A stretch of 64,000 bases of DNA, from NCBI GenBank assembly GCA_904063045.1, contig CAJFCJ010000028.1, forward strand, positions 749,230 through 813,229. Direction: 5' to 3'. The DNA comes from Dimorphilus gyrociliatus (lineage: Eukaryota; Animalia; Annelida). Below the pieces are notes generated by a model, which had not been told where the DNA came from, searched no databases, and saw only the letters and a program-made list of their open reading frames with translations. A program made the position numbers and the translations under genes. Positions within the stretch are counted from its first letter, which is position 1; the number at the start of each line of letters is the position of its first letter. Below are positions 52,947 through 64,000 of this stretch, piece by piece.

Positions 52947-54686
52947 AGCATTAAAATATCAATATATTAAAATATACATGCATATAATAATATATATATG
53001 AATATTCCATATTCTCTTTACTTTTTTCGGTATATCAACATTGAAGAGTCAAAGATATGTAAAAATCCATATTACGTAATTTGAGGAGAATACGTTTAAC
53101 TTTTGCTTAGAGTTTCAAAAACTAACTGTAGTCTATTTTAAGAAATTTTCTAACACATAAAAGGTTAATACATGTTTAAACGTAAACCATTAAAATATAC
53201 TGTAACAGTAGGTAGTTACTTCCACTTTATAAAAAGAATATTTTCGTACTATCTTCCTCGACACTAAGTTGTGATCTTCAATTTTTTCCAAGGTCATAGC
53301 GAGTTTCTAGTTCAGAAGGCGAAGAGAATATTGAAATATTTCCACGTACCTTTATATACTTAAAATCCTATAGAAAGCGTTAAGCTTTTAGAGATAAAAC
53401 AATAAACTGTGTCTGTGTTGTGGGATATAAATTGTATATAGTGAATGTATATTTATAGATATGTAAAAAAAACATTTCCTCCTTACTATGTACACATGTC
53501 TTTAAATAAACAGTTCAAATTCTGGTTTTGGTGCAACAATTGCGGTTTTCAAGTATTATTTTTAGATTGAGAACTAGGTCACAAAAAATTCCCTATATCA
53601 TCAAAATTCTTCTTTGAAATGCTTAAGAAAGAGTTCTGAATATTATTGACATTATATTCTTTTTTCAACAAATAAGATTAATTTTCACTCCTTCTCTCTT
53701 TATGGCTATTTCTGCTTAATTTAAACTTAAAAGTGAATTAAACAATAGCAAACTTTTACCAAATGTTTTTGTCGCTGGTGTTTGTCAATGCAGACGCATC
53801 ACCCAAAAACTTTTTTCCTTTGGGAAAGAAATACCCATTTTCAGCTAAATATTTATAGTTTTGTTATTGTATAGTCGATTGTTATTAACAGCTGCATTTA
53901 AAGTTAAAATGAGTTTTTTTCTCTCCCTATTCGACTCTTAGAATTTACCACATTCCTTAGATATTATTAAATAAAAAAAGAAGGAAAAGAATAATGAAAA
54001 ACAAGTGGTCATAGCTACTATCACTAAAAGTAATAAAATTGAATTATTAATGAGAATTAGGAACTTTTGAATCATTTCTTTTGAAAGATTTTAGCCTATT
54101 CCATTCAATTAAAAATAAAATCAATTTTCTCCTCTTCATTTCCTTATTATTATTTTTTTTACTTTATAATTTTTAACGTACTACAAAAACCCATTATCGT
54201 CAATATAAGAAAATTGGTATATATTGAAAACGACTTAGCAATTTCCTATCCTGTATCCTTTTTCCTGACTAAATAAATAAGAATGAATATTAAATTTTCC
54301 TTGAAAGAATAAATTAATATGTTAATTTTAATAATTTTTATACTTTTGTCCTTCTTAAAATAAAGTAAAGTATAGTTTTTAACTATGATAGATTAGATTT
54401 CTTTTTATGCTACAAGATTTTTCCTGGAAATAAGAGTTTCTGGCACATTATGATCTAGAAAAAACATGTGTCAATGAACTTAAGATTGATGAGCTTCTTT
54501 TAAAATATTTAAGCGATTTGTAATAGATTAAGATTTTATTTAATACGATTATATGAACACATCTTAACCAATTTCGAATATTATTAATTAATGGCTTTTT
54601 TTTTAAAAGAACGTTCCTTATTTAGCTATAAATAAAACTTTTTCCAATAATTCATCTCTTATATAGTGATAGATCTTAGTATAGAT

Positions 54687-54689
<3 letters not shown>

Positions 54690-54723
<34 letters not shown>
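54690..54723. repeat. (TA)n microsatellite
   Basis: TA run visible directly. Confidence 0.95.
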
Positions 54724-54725
<2 letters not shown>

Positions 54726-54999
54726 CTATGTTGAAAAGAAAATAATTGTGGCGGCATAAATCCTACAAGAATTTGAATGTAATGACCTTGACCTTCAGAA
54801 AACAAATTGAGGAGACGCAATATTGACATCAACAAATTCAATCTAACGAATCAGTAAAGACAGATATTAGACAATGAATAAATAACCGAGACATATTAAT
54901 TTTCTACTTTACCATCAATAGATAAATAATTAATTTTGTCAGTTTCCAAGAAAGGTCAAACACCTTGGAAAAAGAAAAAAGAGCGATAATATAAAAAGA

Positions 55000-55897
55000 A
55001 TGAGTAAAGAAGCTTCAACTCCAATATCTATGAGGGTGACAATATCACTAATTAATAAAAAGTTTAGTAGTGTTAAATCAATAACAATCAACACCTTTGC
55101 GAAATTGCTAAATGACGAAAACTTAGAAGATAAATTACTGATTCTGGTAAGAATATTATTTATTTATAAAAGAAACAGATTCATCTTTATATAAAACTAA
55201 TTGAAAACTGTAATTAAGAAGTGAAAATCTGCAATAATAATATATTTTTAGCTTATAAAACGATTTAGAGAATCTATTCGAACCCTTTCTTTGTATTATT
55301 GTCAAAATGATCGATTGTGTACACTTCTATCATTTTTTCTTTGATAAGTTCTAGTCTAAATATATAGATAAATCATTTATAATTTATCTATTTTCATTAG
55401 GATGTAAGAGCATCTGAAGAACACCAACTATCTAAGATACAAAATGCTGTTATTGTTAGTGAAACTGGGAATGATTTAGAAGATACATTCAACAGATTAA
55501 ATTCTTTAGTAAAGAATGAAAGCCAAAAGATTACAGTTGTTTGCTATTGTTCTGTTGGCTACAGATCTTCGAGTTACGCTGAAAAGTTAACAAAATATAT
55601 TAAGGATAAAGGTAACTAGTTGTTTTTTTTTCAATGATGCGCCTTCATTATTCTTATAATTGGAATCTTTAATCATTTCAAAATGACTACCATGTTTTAA
55701 TTGTATATTATTTATTTGTAGATATCAATTCTTTGAAGTATTATGAAATATTTAATCTATCTGGAGGAATTTTCAAATGGATTAACGATGGTCACCCAGT
55801 TTTCAACCATGATAATCAAATTACTAACGTTTGCCATCCCTACAATAGAATATGGGGTAGACTTTTGGACAGGAAATACGTTCCACCTAGTTTATAG
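55000..55897 (+). CDS. Single-domain rhodanese-like sulfurtransferase, about 177 aa
   Basis: Exons 55000-55146, 55401-55611, 55722-55897. Rhodanese motifs LLILDVRASEEHQLSKIQNA, active loop VVCYCSVGYRSS, NLSGGIFKWINDGHPV; C-terminal HPYNRIWGRLL. The frame is also open from an acceptor at 54942, so a longer N-terminus is possible. Confidence 0.85.
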
Positions 55898-56226
55898 ATC
55901 TAATTTTTACACTTTTTCTTGATTAACAGACTCTATTTTGTCATCCAGATGGAGCTGTTGCTTATTTTTGTTTTATAATATCCGTCAGATGTCTACATCT
56001 TGCAAGAGGATTTTATCCATCATTGTCTATTTCAATAATTTTTATGTTTTTTAACAAAATAAACTAATATCTGTCTCTGCTATTTTTGAAACTAATTATA
56101 TCCGAAACTTGAAATATTTTACAGCAATACTGAAATATATATTAAATGATTATACTATTTTTTTTAATAACTTAAATGAGCGATAATAAAAGAAATTGAC
56201 GGATAAGAAAATATATATTAAAAAGA

Positions 56227-57983
56227 ATGAGTTTAAAAAGATATATAATAAAGTTAACGATGTCACAGACAAGAAGAATGAAATTAATTATTATTTCTAG
56301 TCTGTTGATATTTCTTGGATTGTTTTACTATCATATTTTTTATAAATCTCAACGCATCATACCAATATATGTTGTGGAAGAGCATCACGAAGGTTGGAAT
56401 AAAGTATAATCTTTATAAATGATTATCAATTAATAAGTATACATGTTTTAGTGTTACCCTATTGGTACGACGCTGTTAGGGATGGATTAATAAAAAGAAC
56501 ACAAAACACTTTGGTTAGTCATCAATTATTGCTTTTAACCACTTTCTCTTGATTATTCAATGATAAAAATTCAGATACATATAGATGGTCACAGTGACAT
56601 GAACGTTCCTATCCTATATAAAGGTTATCCTTTATTTAGATATCCGAAAAGTCCAACGGAAGAAGATATAACAATACAAAGAAACGATATGTTTATATAC
56701 GTATGTTTTATATATTAGTATAAACACAATAATGAAATAAGAACCCATCCAAAATATAGATATCATTATAACATTTATGTCTTCTCCAGGCTGCGGTTAT
56801 TGCAGGAATATTCAATAGAGTAATATGGATTTATCCGTCTTGGTTAAAGCAGGAAGATGATGCCAAATATACAAATACTAAAATTTCTTTAGGTTATATC
56901 TTTAAAAATAAAAGATATGTTTGTCTATGCGAAGAAAATTCCAACGAAACGTCTTGCTATTATGTTGATGTTGATAAAGATATTGATGATCGTATAATAC
57001 CAATGGAAATTAATGAATGTTCAACTTCTACTAATTTTCAATTTGAAATTGTTGAGGAAACTGAAGCTATTAAGATGTTCAAAACCGATTGGTTAAAGGT
57101 ATATTTCATAATAGATTATAAGAAATTACGTTAATAGATATTCAAACTTTATTCTTTGAATTTAATAGAATGATGACTCTATTGTTGTTGACTTTGATCT
57201 CGACTACTACGGTGTTGAATTGGCGTATAAACCTATAACAAAATATAATATTAATTGGAAGAAAATTGAAAAGTTAAATAGAGCTTTAGATCCATTTCTC
57301 TGTCCCCGTTTACAACAACACGAAGTACTTGGAAATGCATTTTTGGGTAAAGCCGCCCATTATTTATTAATAGCCAAGCAGTTCGAGAGTAGAAATGACA
57401 CTTTGAGAAAATATAGAAAATCTCTTTTAAAAGAGTATAAAAGAGATCCTTTGCTATTTTGTGCTAAAGAAAACGCAGAACTCATGGAAGGTTGGAAAAA
57501 TTTAGCGAACGCTATTCTTGATTTTTCTATTAAAGAATTTGAGATAATTGTTAAAAAAGTTAGATTTTGTCTCTCAACTTCTTTTAAGACTTTTATGCCA
57601 AACGATGATTCACCGGGAATAGTAGTTTGTCATGGTATGAATACCCCTAACGACACAGTTGTTCAAGAGCATTACCCTACTCCTGTTGAAACTGTTAAAA
57701 GAACAGCAAGACTCGCCAAAATGCTCTCAGGAAATATTGATAATATGAAAATATCAACCGTTTGTAGGTAATTGACGAGATTAAGTTTTATTTCCATTAT
57801 AAGAAATATTTAATAATAATCTATTCTAGGTCAATAAGAGATGGATATACTCCACGAAGATTAGTAGCTCATCTAGAAGGAGATGCGCTATCCGTCATAA
57901 GAGAATCAGTGTCAACATCAAAATTTCTTATCTATTTCGATGATTTTCTTTTATGGGGAAAACTTGGATGGTGGGATATATAA
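56227..57983 (+). CDS. UPF0489/C5orf22-family protein (arginase/deacetylase-like metal-binding motifs) with N-terminal signal anchor, about 471 aa
   Basis: Six exons: 56227-56392, 56452-56513, 56575-56700, 56790-57098, 57169-57767, 57830-57983 (1416 nt). Motifs IYVVEEHHEVLPYW, IHIDGHSDM, VDFDLDYY, TVCRSIRDGYTP correspond to recalled C5orf22 VVEDHQEVLP, HFDSHPDL, LDIDLDFF, TIARS..DDYCP. Confidence 0.8.
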
Positions 57984-58249
57984 ACTTTTTACACTTGACC
58001 TTGAATACCTTTTTTAAACGAAAAATTTATAATACAACTGTTTAGAACTAGACTTTTTTAGATTTGTAAATAAATTGTATTCTAGTTGGTTTTAAATGTC
58101 TTTTTTTAAAACGTTCAAATTTTCCATCTTTATATAATTTATTTGTATTTCCATGGCTAAATAAACTAAATAAAACATTGACTTGTTCTATATGAAACAA
58201 ATAGTGTTTTATACTGTTTATCGCTTATTTTTTGTTTCATAACAAATAT

Positions 58250-59560
58250 TTCACGTAAACAAGAGTTTAATATTCAATAAAAGTAAACGAACGCTTGAAA
58301 AGATTTTTAAACAACCTTTAGGAATTTCTGTAAAACAGTACATGCTTCTCTGTGGCCATCGAGATGCGTGTTCAATGTTGTAACGCTTAACAGCATACGT
58401 CAGTGACGTCAAAATCATATGATGAATCGGTGTAATAATATCTGAAAAGATAGTTCTGTACAATTCTTGTTTACATAGAAGACACCGACTTTGATATTGT
58501 AATTTTTCTATTAAATTAATATTCATAAACATCTAACAAGCCATTGCTATCCATTGGATACTGATATTAAAGCGAGGTATGACCCATACGCATATACAGT
58601 CACGTTAATAAGTAATTATAACAAGGGATAAAAAGTTTTAAACATGTGAATTTTTTGACGACCAAAATATGTTTATGGTCTAGATTATTTCACAAGCTAT
58701 TAAGTAATTTTAACACCGTTGCTATGACGTTAACAATTAAGAATTATTATCTCCCAGATCACAAACAATAATAAGGAAAATGGAATTTTAGATTCCAAAA
58801 AAATGAAGATTTAAACCAAACTGGAGAGCACAAGAAATTTTACAAAACTGTACTGTGCCTATTCAGATATCATTGTCTAATGTCAAAAAGGTTTTATGCT
58901 TTACATGTTGAATTGGAACAGTTGAAAAATATGCCCTTCTATAATCCAACTCTAAAAAGGAAGCAAATTAACTAATTTTTTACAGTTTTTCAACCAAGAC
59001 TCCAGGTACAGATTTAATATGATGATAAGGCAAATCAAAATTATATAACACCAAATAATCACATTATAAAACCTTTTTTCATTGTACTAATTACTTATTA
59101 TCGTGACTGTAATACGACGTTTCTATTTATTCGTTTCTTCATAAAAACAAAAGATAGAAGCATATATCTGTTACTTGGTCATATCCTTATCTGAAAAGTG
59201 TTAACTTATTGTTTTATTCATAAAATTTCATTCAAATTTCCCAGCAAATTCAATTTATGATTCAATTTTGTATAAAATACAATATGATAATTTTATCACA
59301 GCCATGTTGATTGAATAAATACCCTTTTTCGTGTGTAAAATACCAAGTACTCCCAAGTTCATTTGTTTTTATTTATAGAGAAATTAATGATAATTTTAAC
59401 AAATAGGAAGCATCTTTAATTCTCTTAATCAACAATTCTCTACCTCTAATATGTTCAAGCAGTACAAGATTCTTCCTGATTCAAATTTTGAATCTGTACT
59501 ACCAGAAGTCATTATTTTAATCAACTTTTGAAAGTTTAGGGGACGGAATAGTAAATTGAA
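58250..59560 (-). mobile_element. Degenerate Ty3/gypsy-like LTR retrotransposon pol relic (protease, RT, connection region)
   Basis: Minus-strand translation through stops and frameshifts gives, in pol order: a frameshifted DSGS-like protease motif near 59505 and NLLG near 59250; LV..KK..L.CDYLVLYN (cf. VLVKKKDG.RLCVDYRKLN); ELDYRRAYFSTVPIQHVKHKTFLT (cf. KLDLSSAYHQIPL.EESRHKTAF); CALQFGL (cf. RMPFGL); MDSNGL; FSDIITPIHHMI...RWPQ...CFTEIP (cf. FADIAAPLHELL...W...AFEELK). No LTRs found. Confidence 0.6.
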
Positions 59561-62258
59561 ATAACAAAGATACAGGGCTGACTTGGACCACTAATCAATA
59601 AGTTTACGAGCTTTATCACTATGGTAGACTCGCAAATGGTAGATGGCGACGTAAAATCAATTCCAGAGAAAGGGACGTTGATAATACCTCGAAAAGAAAC
59701 TTTTTTTTTCCAAACAGGTCTACAGGTAATAGGCAGGTAAATACAATGCTAGTCTTTCCCTGACAAAACTTTTTGCAAAATTATGACCTATATGTCAGAA
59801 TAGTAGCCAAGAAGCCTTAAATTTCCCTTCAGTAAGCAAGAAAAGAAGAAAGCTTGAAATAAGTACAGTTGACTTGTAATCACAGCTGAAAAGAAATTTT
59901 TTTCATCTGAATGCTAGATGAAGTCATTTTTCCTTTTATGAATTTTACCTTTACAGCTAGTTAATGCTCTTTTTAACTACAATTTCAGTCACTTTCTCGA
60001 CAATCCTAGAAATAAAGAAGGACTTAATACGGTTCACTTCTTTGAAAGCTATTGAAAAACTTTTAGTTTCTTCTATGAAGAATAATAGGCAAGCATACTA
60101 AGCACTGATGGAGGGTTTGACTTAATTTTTGTATTTTATCGGCTTGTCCTGTGGACACTAGAAAGTCGTATAGTATCGATTTGATTGTTGATGCTAAACA
60201 AAATATATATTATCCTATAGGAGGCGCAATTGTGTACGTATTTTAATATAGAGGAAGTGCTATTGAAAGTCTAAAGTGGGATGCATTTGTATGATAGGAA
60301 GAGCAATTGTGAAACTATCCGCCTTATATTGAGACCAATTTGATCTATTTTTCTAGCAAATTCAAACTAATGCGATTAATTTTTTAAGTGTATTTGAGAT
60401 TTGCAAGAATGAAACAAATTCTTACTTACAGAATTTAGAAAATAATAATCTTCGTATTCAACATCAGTTAATAATCTAACACGATTATTTATAAAAATGA
60501 GTTTTCTTCCGGCAAACACAAACTTATTGGACATTTTATATACATATCAAATGTTTTAATAGAAAGTAACCCAGAAATCTGTAAAATATAACATTTTACA
60601 GCACATTTTTTCGCAACGAAAGGTTAAAATAGCTTTACAGATAGGCACTTTTCATTCATAGACCTATGGAAGCATAAATTTTCAACTGACTCATGAAACT
60701 TGCCAGTTATACTGAATTTATTAAATGAAACTTCTGAGGTATAAGAAATCTTTAACGAATAAAAAGAGTAAAGATCTTTTTTTTTTGACACTCATAACTT
60801 TTTAAAAAGAGCTAACGATGCTGTAAGATCATAGGTTAAGAATGCTGAAAGTATAATGAACTAAGAAGAATGTTTTCAATAGAGTAACGCTTCAGTTAAA
60901 TTCTATTGTAGCTCTTTAAAAAGCAAAAGGGTAATTTCTTTACAATAAAAGAGTATGTTATTGATTTAGGAAAGAAATAAAATTAATTAGAATTCTCTAA
61001 AGCAAATTATGTACAGTTTTTCTATATTAATAATACACATTTACCCGATTTAAAAGTTTATTTCAGATTGATCTGTTGATTGGACTTGTCACTGACATGA
61101 CACGAGAGAGAAGAATATGCTCCCAGAAATAGTCAGGAGGAAATTGTTAAATGATTTTGACAGGAATTTCCTCTAAAGGTTCCTCCGACGTTAATGAAGC
61201 CAAAAAGCTGAAGATAAAAATTAAGTGAACGTTCTCTCATACATCATCTCATAAATGAATCATATCAAAGAGACGATGTCTCGGACCTTCCATTAAACTC
61301 TCCATATTTTAATAATTTAATTTAAAAAGTTCAGAGAAATTTTCCCCAGCTGTGTAAACTTTTAGATAGAAAGAGTGAAAAAGGACTTCAGATTCAAATA
61401 AACCAATGACAGGAAGATGATGATTCTTTCTTTATTTTATAGTGAAGACGAAAAAGAAATAATTGTAGCCTGTATAATAATATAGTAAAAAGCAGTGTAC
61501 AACTATATCAAAAATCTAAATGTGCAAAGATTATATGTATATCTATTTCTAATGGTAAAACATATAATATGGTATTAATAACTTTTTCAACTGTTTAAAT
61601 TAGAATACATTGTTGAAAGGAAAGAGTTTTAAGAAGTTTCAACATGGCTATAATTAACATAGAGTTGCTTATCAAGATTACATTAACATTCAATCTTTTG
61701 TATATGTCTTTCTAATAAAAAGGAGGCGGTTAAAAATTTATCATACGAGAAATGTAACCGACAGCGGTTTCCCAACTATTTATAATAGAAAGATATAAAC
61801 AGTATTACGATTACATAGAATTCGAAAACGTAATATTTCAATTAAATATAGAATATTATACATAAAAAATATATAAATACATCATAAATTAGCACTTTTT
61901 GACCTTTACAAGCCTGATATAAGTATAATAATAAACGTAAATATATACATTGCTCTACATTTATAGAATTTATTGTATATTTAGATATAATAAATATATT
62001 AGTTAAAGATTTAGTATTACTCATAATAATTATTCGCTTTAAGCCTTAAGAAGCTTTACATCAATAATATATTATTAATAAGTAGTATAAAAATATATAA
62101 TCAGAGGGCTTTGAACCCAAGTGCAAATACAGATACGCGTGCAAACATAACTTTTTGTTTACAAAGAAATATTAAGTTTATATAATTTTTTATAATATAT
62201 GCAAGCGTACTGCAATATATAGAGCACAATTTATTGTCTCGTTTCGTCTATTTAATGA

Positions 62259-63008
62259 ATGAAAATGAAGATTTTAGTTGAAGTTTTTATCATTTTTTTT
62301 CTTATATTTTCAGTTGAGTATTGTACTACTTCAATATCTGAAAAAATAAGTGAATTTCAATCATATAAGACAACTTTGAAACGTATTCGAAAATCAACTA
62401 CTATTAAAGTTTTTAAAGTTGCATCTTTGCTATCTTGTAGCCATTTATGCGTTATTGAAAGTTCTTGTAGATTTTTTATAAAAGTTGAAAAAGTATGTAA
62501 ATTATATCACGGTGGTTTCCCTAGACCTATGGAAGATAACAATGGAAAATTTAGAGTATATACTCTGTCAAATAGATGTTTAATTGAAAAATTTAGCAAC
62601 AAATGTTTACCTGCAAAATGCGGAAAAGATCAAAAATATTGGGAAGGATCTTGTTATTACTTTCAACGAACTATTAAAATGACTTGGTACTATGCTAGAA
62701 AAAATTGTTCGAAACAAACAATGACATTGATTTCACTTGAGACTGAAAGAGAGTATGAATTTGTTAAAAAATCATACTTTCAAGATAAAAAATTCCCTGT
62801 TCTAATTGGTTTAACAGATGAAAATCAGGAAGGGGAATTCTATTGGGAAGGAACTGGTAAGATATTAGGAAGTTTCACCAGCTGGCAACCAGGTGAGCCG
62901 AATAATCAAGGATTACGAGAGAATCAGGTGCACATTAACATAAATGGATGGAATGATATTGATAAAAATTTGCCAAGTTATTGGGTTTGCGAAAAGATAC
63001 TTATTTGA
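62259..63008 (+). CDS. Secreted PAN/apple-like + C-type lectin domain protein (EPN type), intronless, 249 aa
   Basis: Hydrophobic signal peptide; PAN-like SLLSCSHLCVIESSCRFF...CKLY; CTLD with CGKDQKYWEGSCYYF, MTWYYARKNC, LIGLTD, WQPGEPNN, WND, WVCEK. Confidence 0.9.
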   Translation: MKMKILVEVFIIFFLIFSVEYCTTSISEKISEFQSYKTTLKRIRKSTTIKVFKVASLLSCSHLCVIESSCRFFIKVEKVCKLYHGGFPRPMEDNNGKFRVYTLSNRCLIEKFSNKCLPAKCGKDQKYWEGSCYYFQRTIKMTWYYARKNCSKQTMTLISLETEREYEFVKKSYFQDKKFPVLIGLTDENQEGEFYWEGTGKILGSFTSWQPGEPNNQGLRENQVHININGWNDIDKNLPSYWVCEKILI

Positions 63009-64000
63009 ATAACTAGACTCTTTAATTACCTTTCATTAATAAATTTGGAAAGCATACTGCAATAAACAACTGGTAAGATAAGTTTTTGATCAATGCTTTC
63101 ATTAGAACGTTATTCTTAATTATTACGTCATATCCTTCTACTCATCCTTTGAATTAGTATGAACAGCCATCATCGCTAATTAGTGCAATTTTCATCTAAG
63201 AGTCTTAGATAAAAGTTTCTTTTGTTTAAACTTCACACCTCTTATTGTTATCTTGATTGTTTAAGGCCTATTTTATCTTCGTTCATCTAAAGTCTCATAT
63301 CAATTAAAATTACCCATTGATGGATTTTATATAGCGTCTGACCTAATAAAAATTTTCTCTTTAAATTGGTTCATATAAGCTAATTGTTAAAGAAAATTTC
63401 TCTTTTTGGTGAATTCAATAAAAAACGAGGTTCAATGATAAAAAGTTTTTTTGCAAAATAATTTATTAACAAGCTCGAATATGTGAAATATTAAAAAATG
63501 AAGGGAATTCTTATTCAATAATTTGTTGTAAAAGTTCTCTTTTCCCTTTTCATTTTAAACATAAATAAAATAGAAAATGATGCCTAAAATCTTTTAAATA
63601 AACTTTTGACAGTTCATATAAATAAATAGAAATAGTACAATTATTTGAAAGGTTAAGATAACCCAGTTTTCTTTTAATAGTTTATTGTTATTGTTTTAAC
63701 TGTCGATGTTCTTTCATATGTCAAAATAGTCCCTTATTCCAATTTATAGTCCGTTTTTCTCTTGAAATTTTGGGTCACAGGCCAATAAAACGTAAATTGT
63801 CATTTCGTAACCCCAAAAGAACTTCAAGAGCTACTTTATTGTAAAACTTAAAAGGAATAATAGGACTATTGCAAGAAAAAAAAATACTTTCCAATTAAAT
63901 TAACTATATTACGATTTTCAAATAGACTCGACTAGACGACGGTAATTTTAGTGATTAGATGGCGGTAAAGATTGCAGATTACGTAATATGGGTAAATTCC

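Noticed and set aside
53763-53858. 31-aa ORF with a neuropeptide-like FFPLGKK amidation site
   Set aside because: Signal peptide too short, single copy of the motif, and the opposite strand looks equally protein-like; consistent with chance.
61762-61776. CAGCGGTTTCCCAAC resembling a hAT/Charlie terminal inverted repeat
   Set aside because: No matching opposite end or 8-bp target-site duplication found in the window.
62104-62122. GGGTTCAAAGCCC B-box/T-loop-like motif on the minus strand
   Set aside because: Only a 3-bp stem, with no A-box or cloverleaf; not a tRNA.
1-64000. CRISPR arrays, rRNA, tRNA, prokaryotic operons or defence systems
   Set aside because: None seen; the window is intron-rich eukaryotic DNA.

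Overview
AT-rich eukaryotic genomic DNA (roughly 27-28% GC by eye) from an invertebrate with short GT-AG introns, many 56-100 nt; the species cannot be determined from the sequence. Minus strand: a Trio/Kalirin/UNC-73 RhoGEF gene (31 exons traced, 1801 codons covering SEC14, spectrin repeats, DH1-PH1 and SH3, probably continuing off the left edge), a klumpfuss-like EGR/WT1-type zinc-finger gene, about 12 kb of non-coding DNA rich in CRE sites, and a MEKK2/3 (MAP3K2/3) kinase gene. Plus strand: PLAC8/cornifelin-family gene, UBA5, a bacterial-type single-domain rhodanese, a membrane-anchored UPF0489/C5orf22-family protein and an intronless PAN + C-type lectin gene. A decayed Ty3/gypsy pol relic lies at about 58.2-59.6 kb. 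Best leads: (1) TAC[A/T]GTA heptamers in (TA)n tracts that match Tc1/mariner excision footprints; (2) candidate internal first exons and SH3-terminated isoforms of Trio; (3) six perfect CRE palindromes upstream of the klu-like gene; (4) the same uORF-stop/ATGATG overlap in klu and MAP3K; (5) the rhodanese/UPF0489 pair, 330 bp apart with shared 5' motifs; (6) a C-type lectin lacking both cysteines of a canonical disulfide. All exon models were assembled by hand from splice sites, phase and remembered homology; no database search was run.
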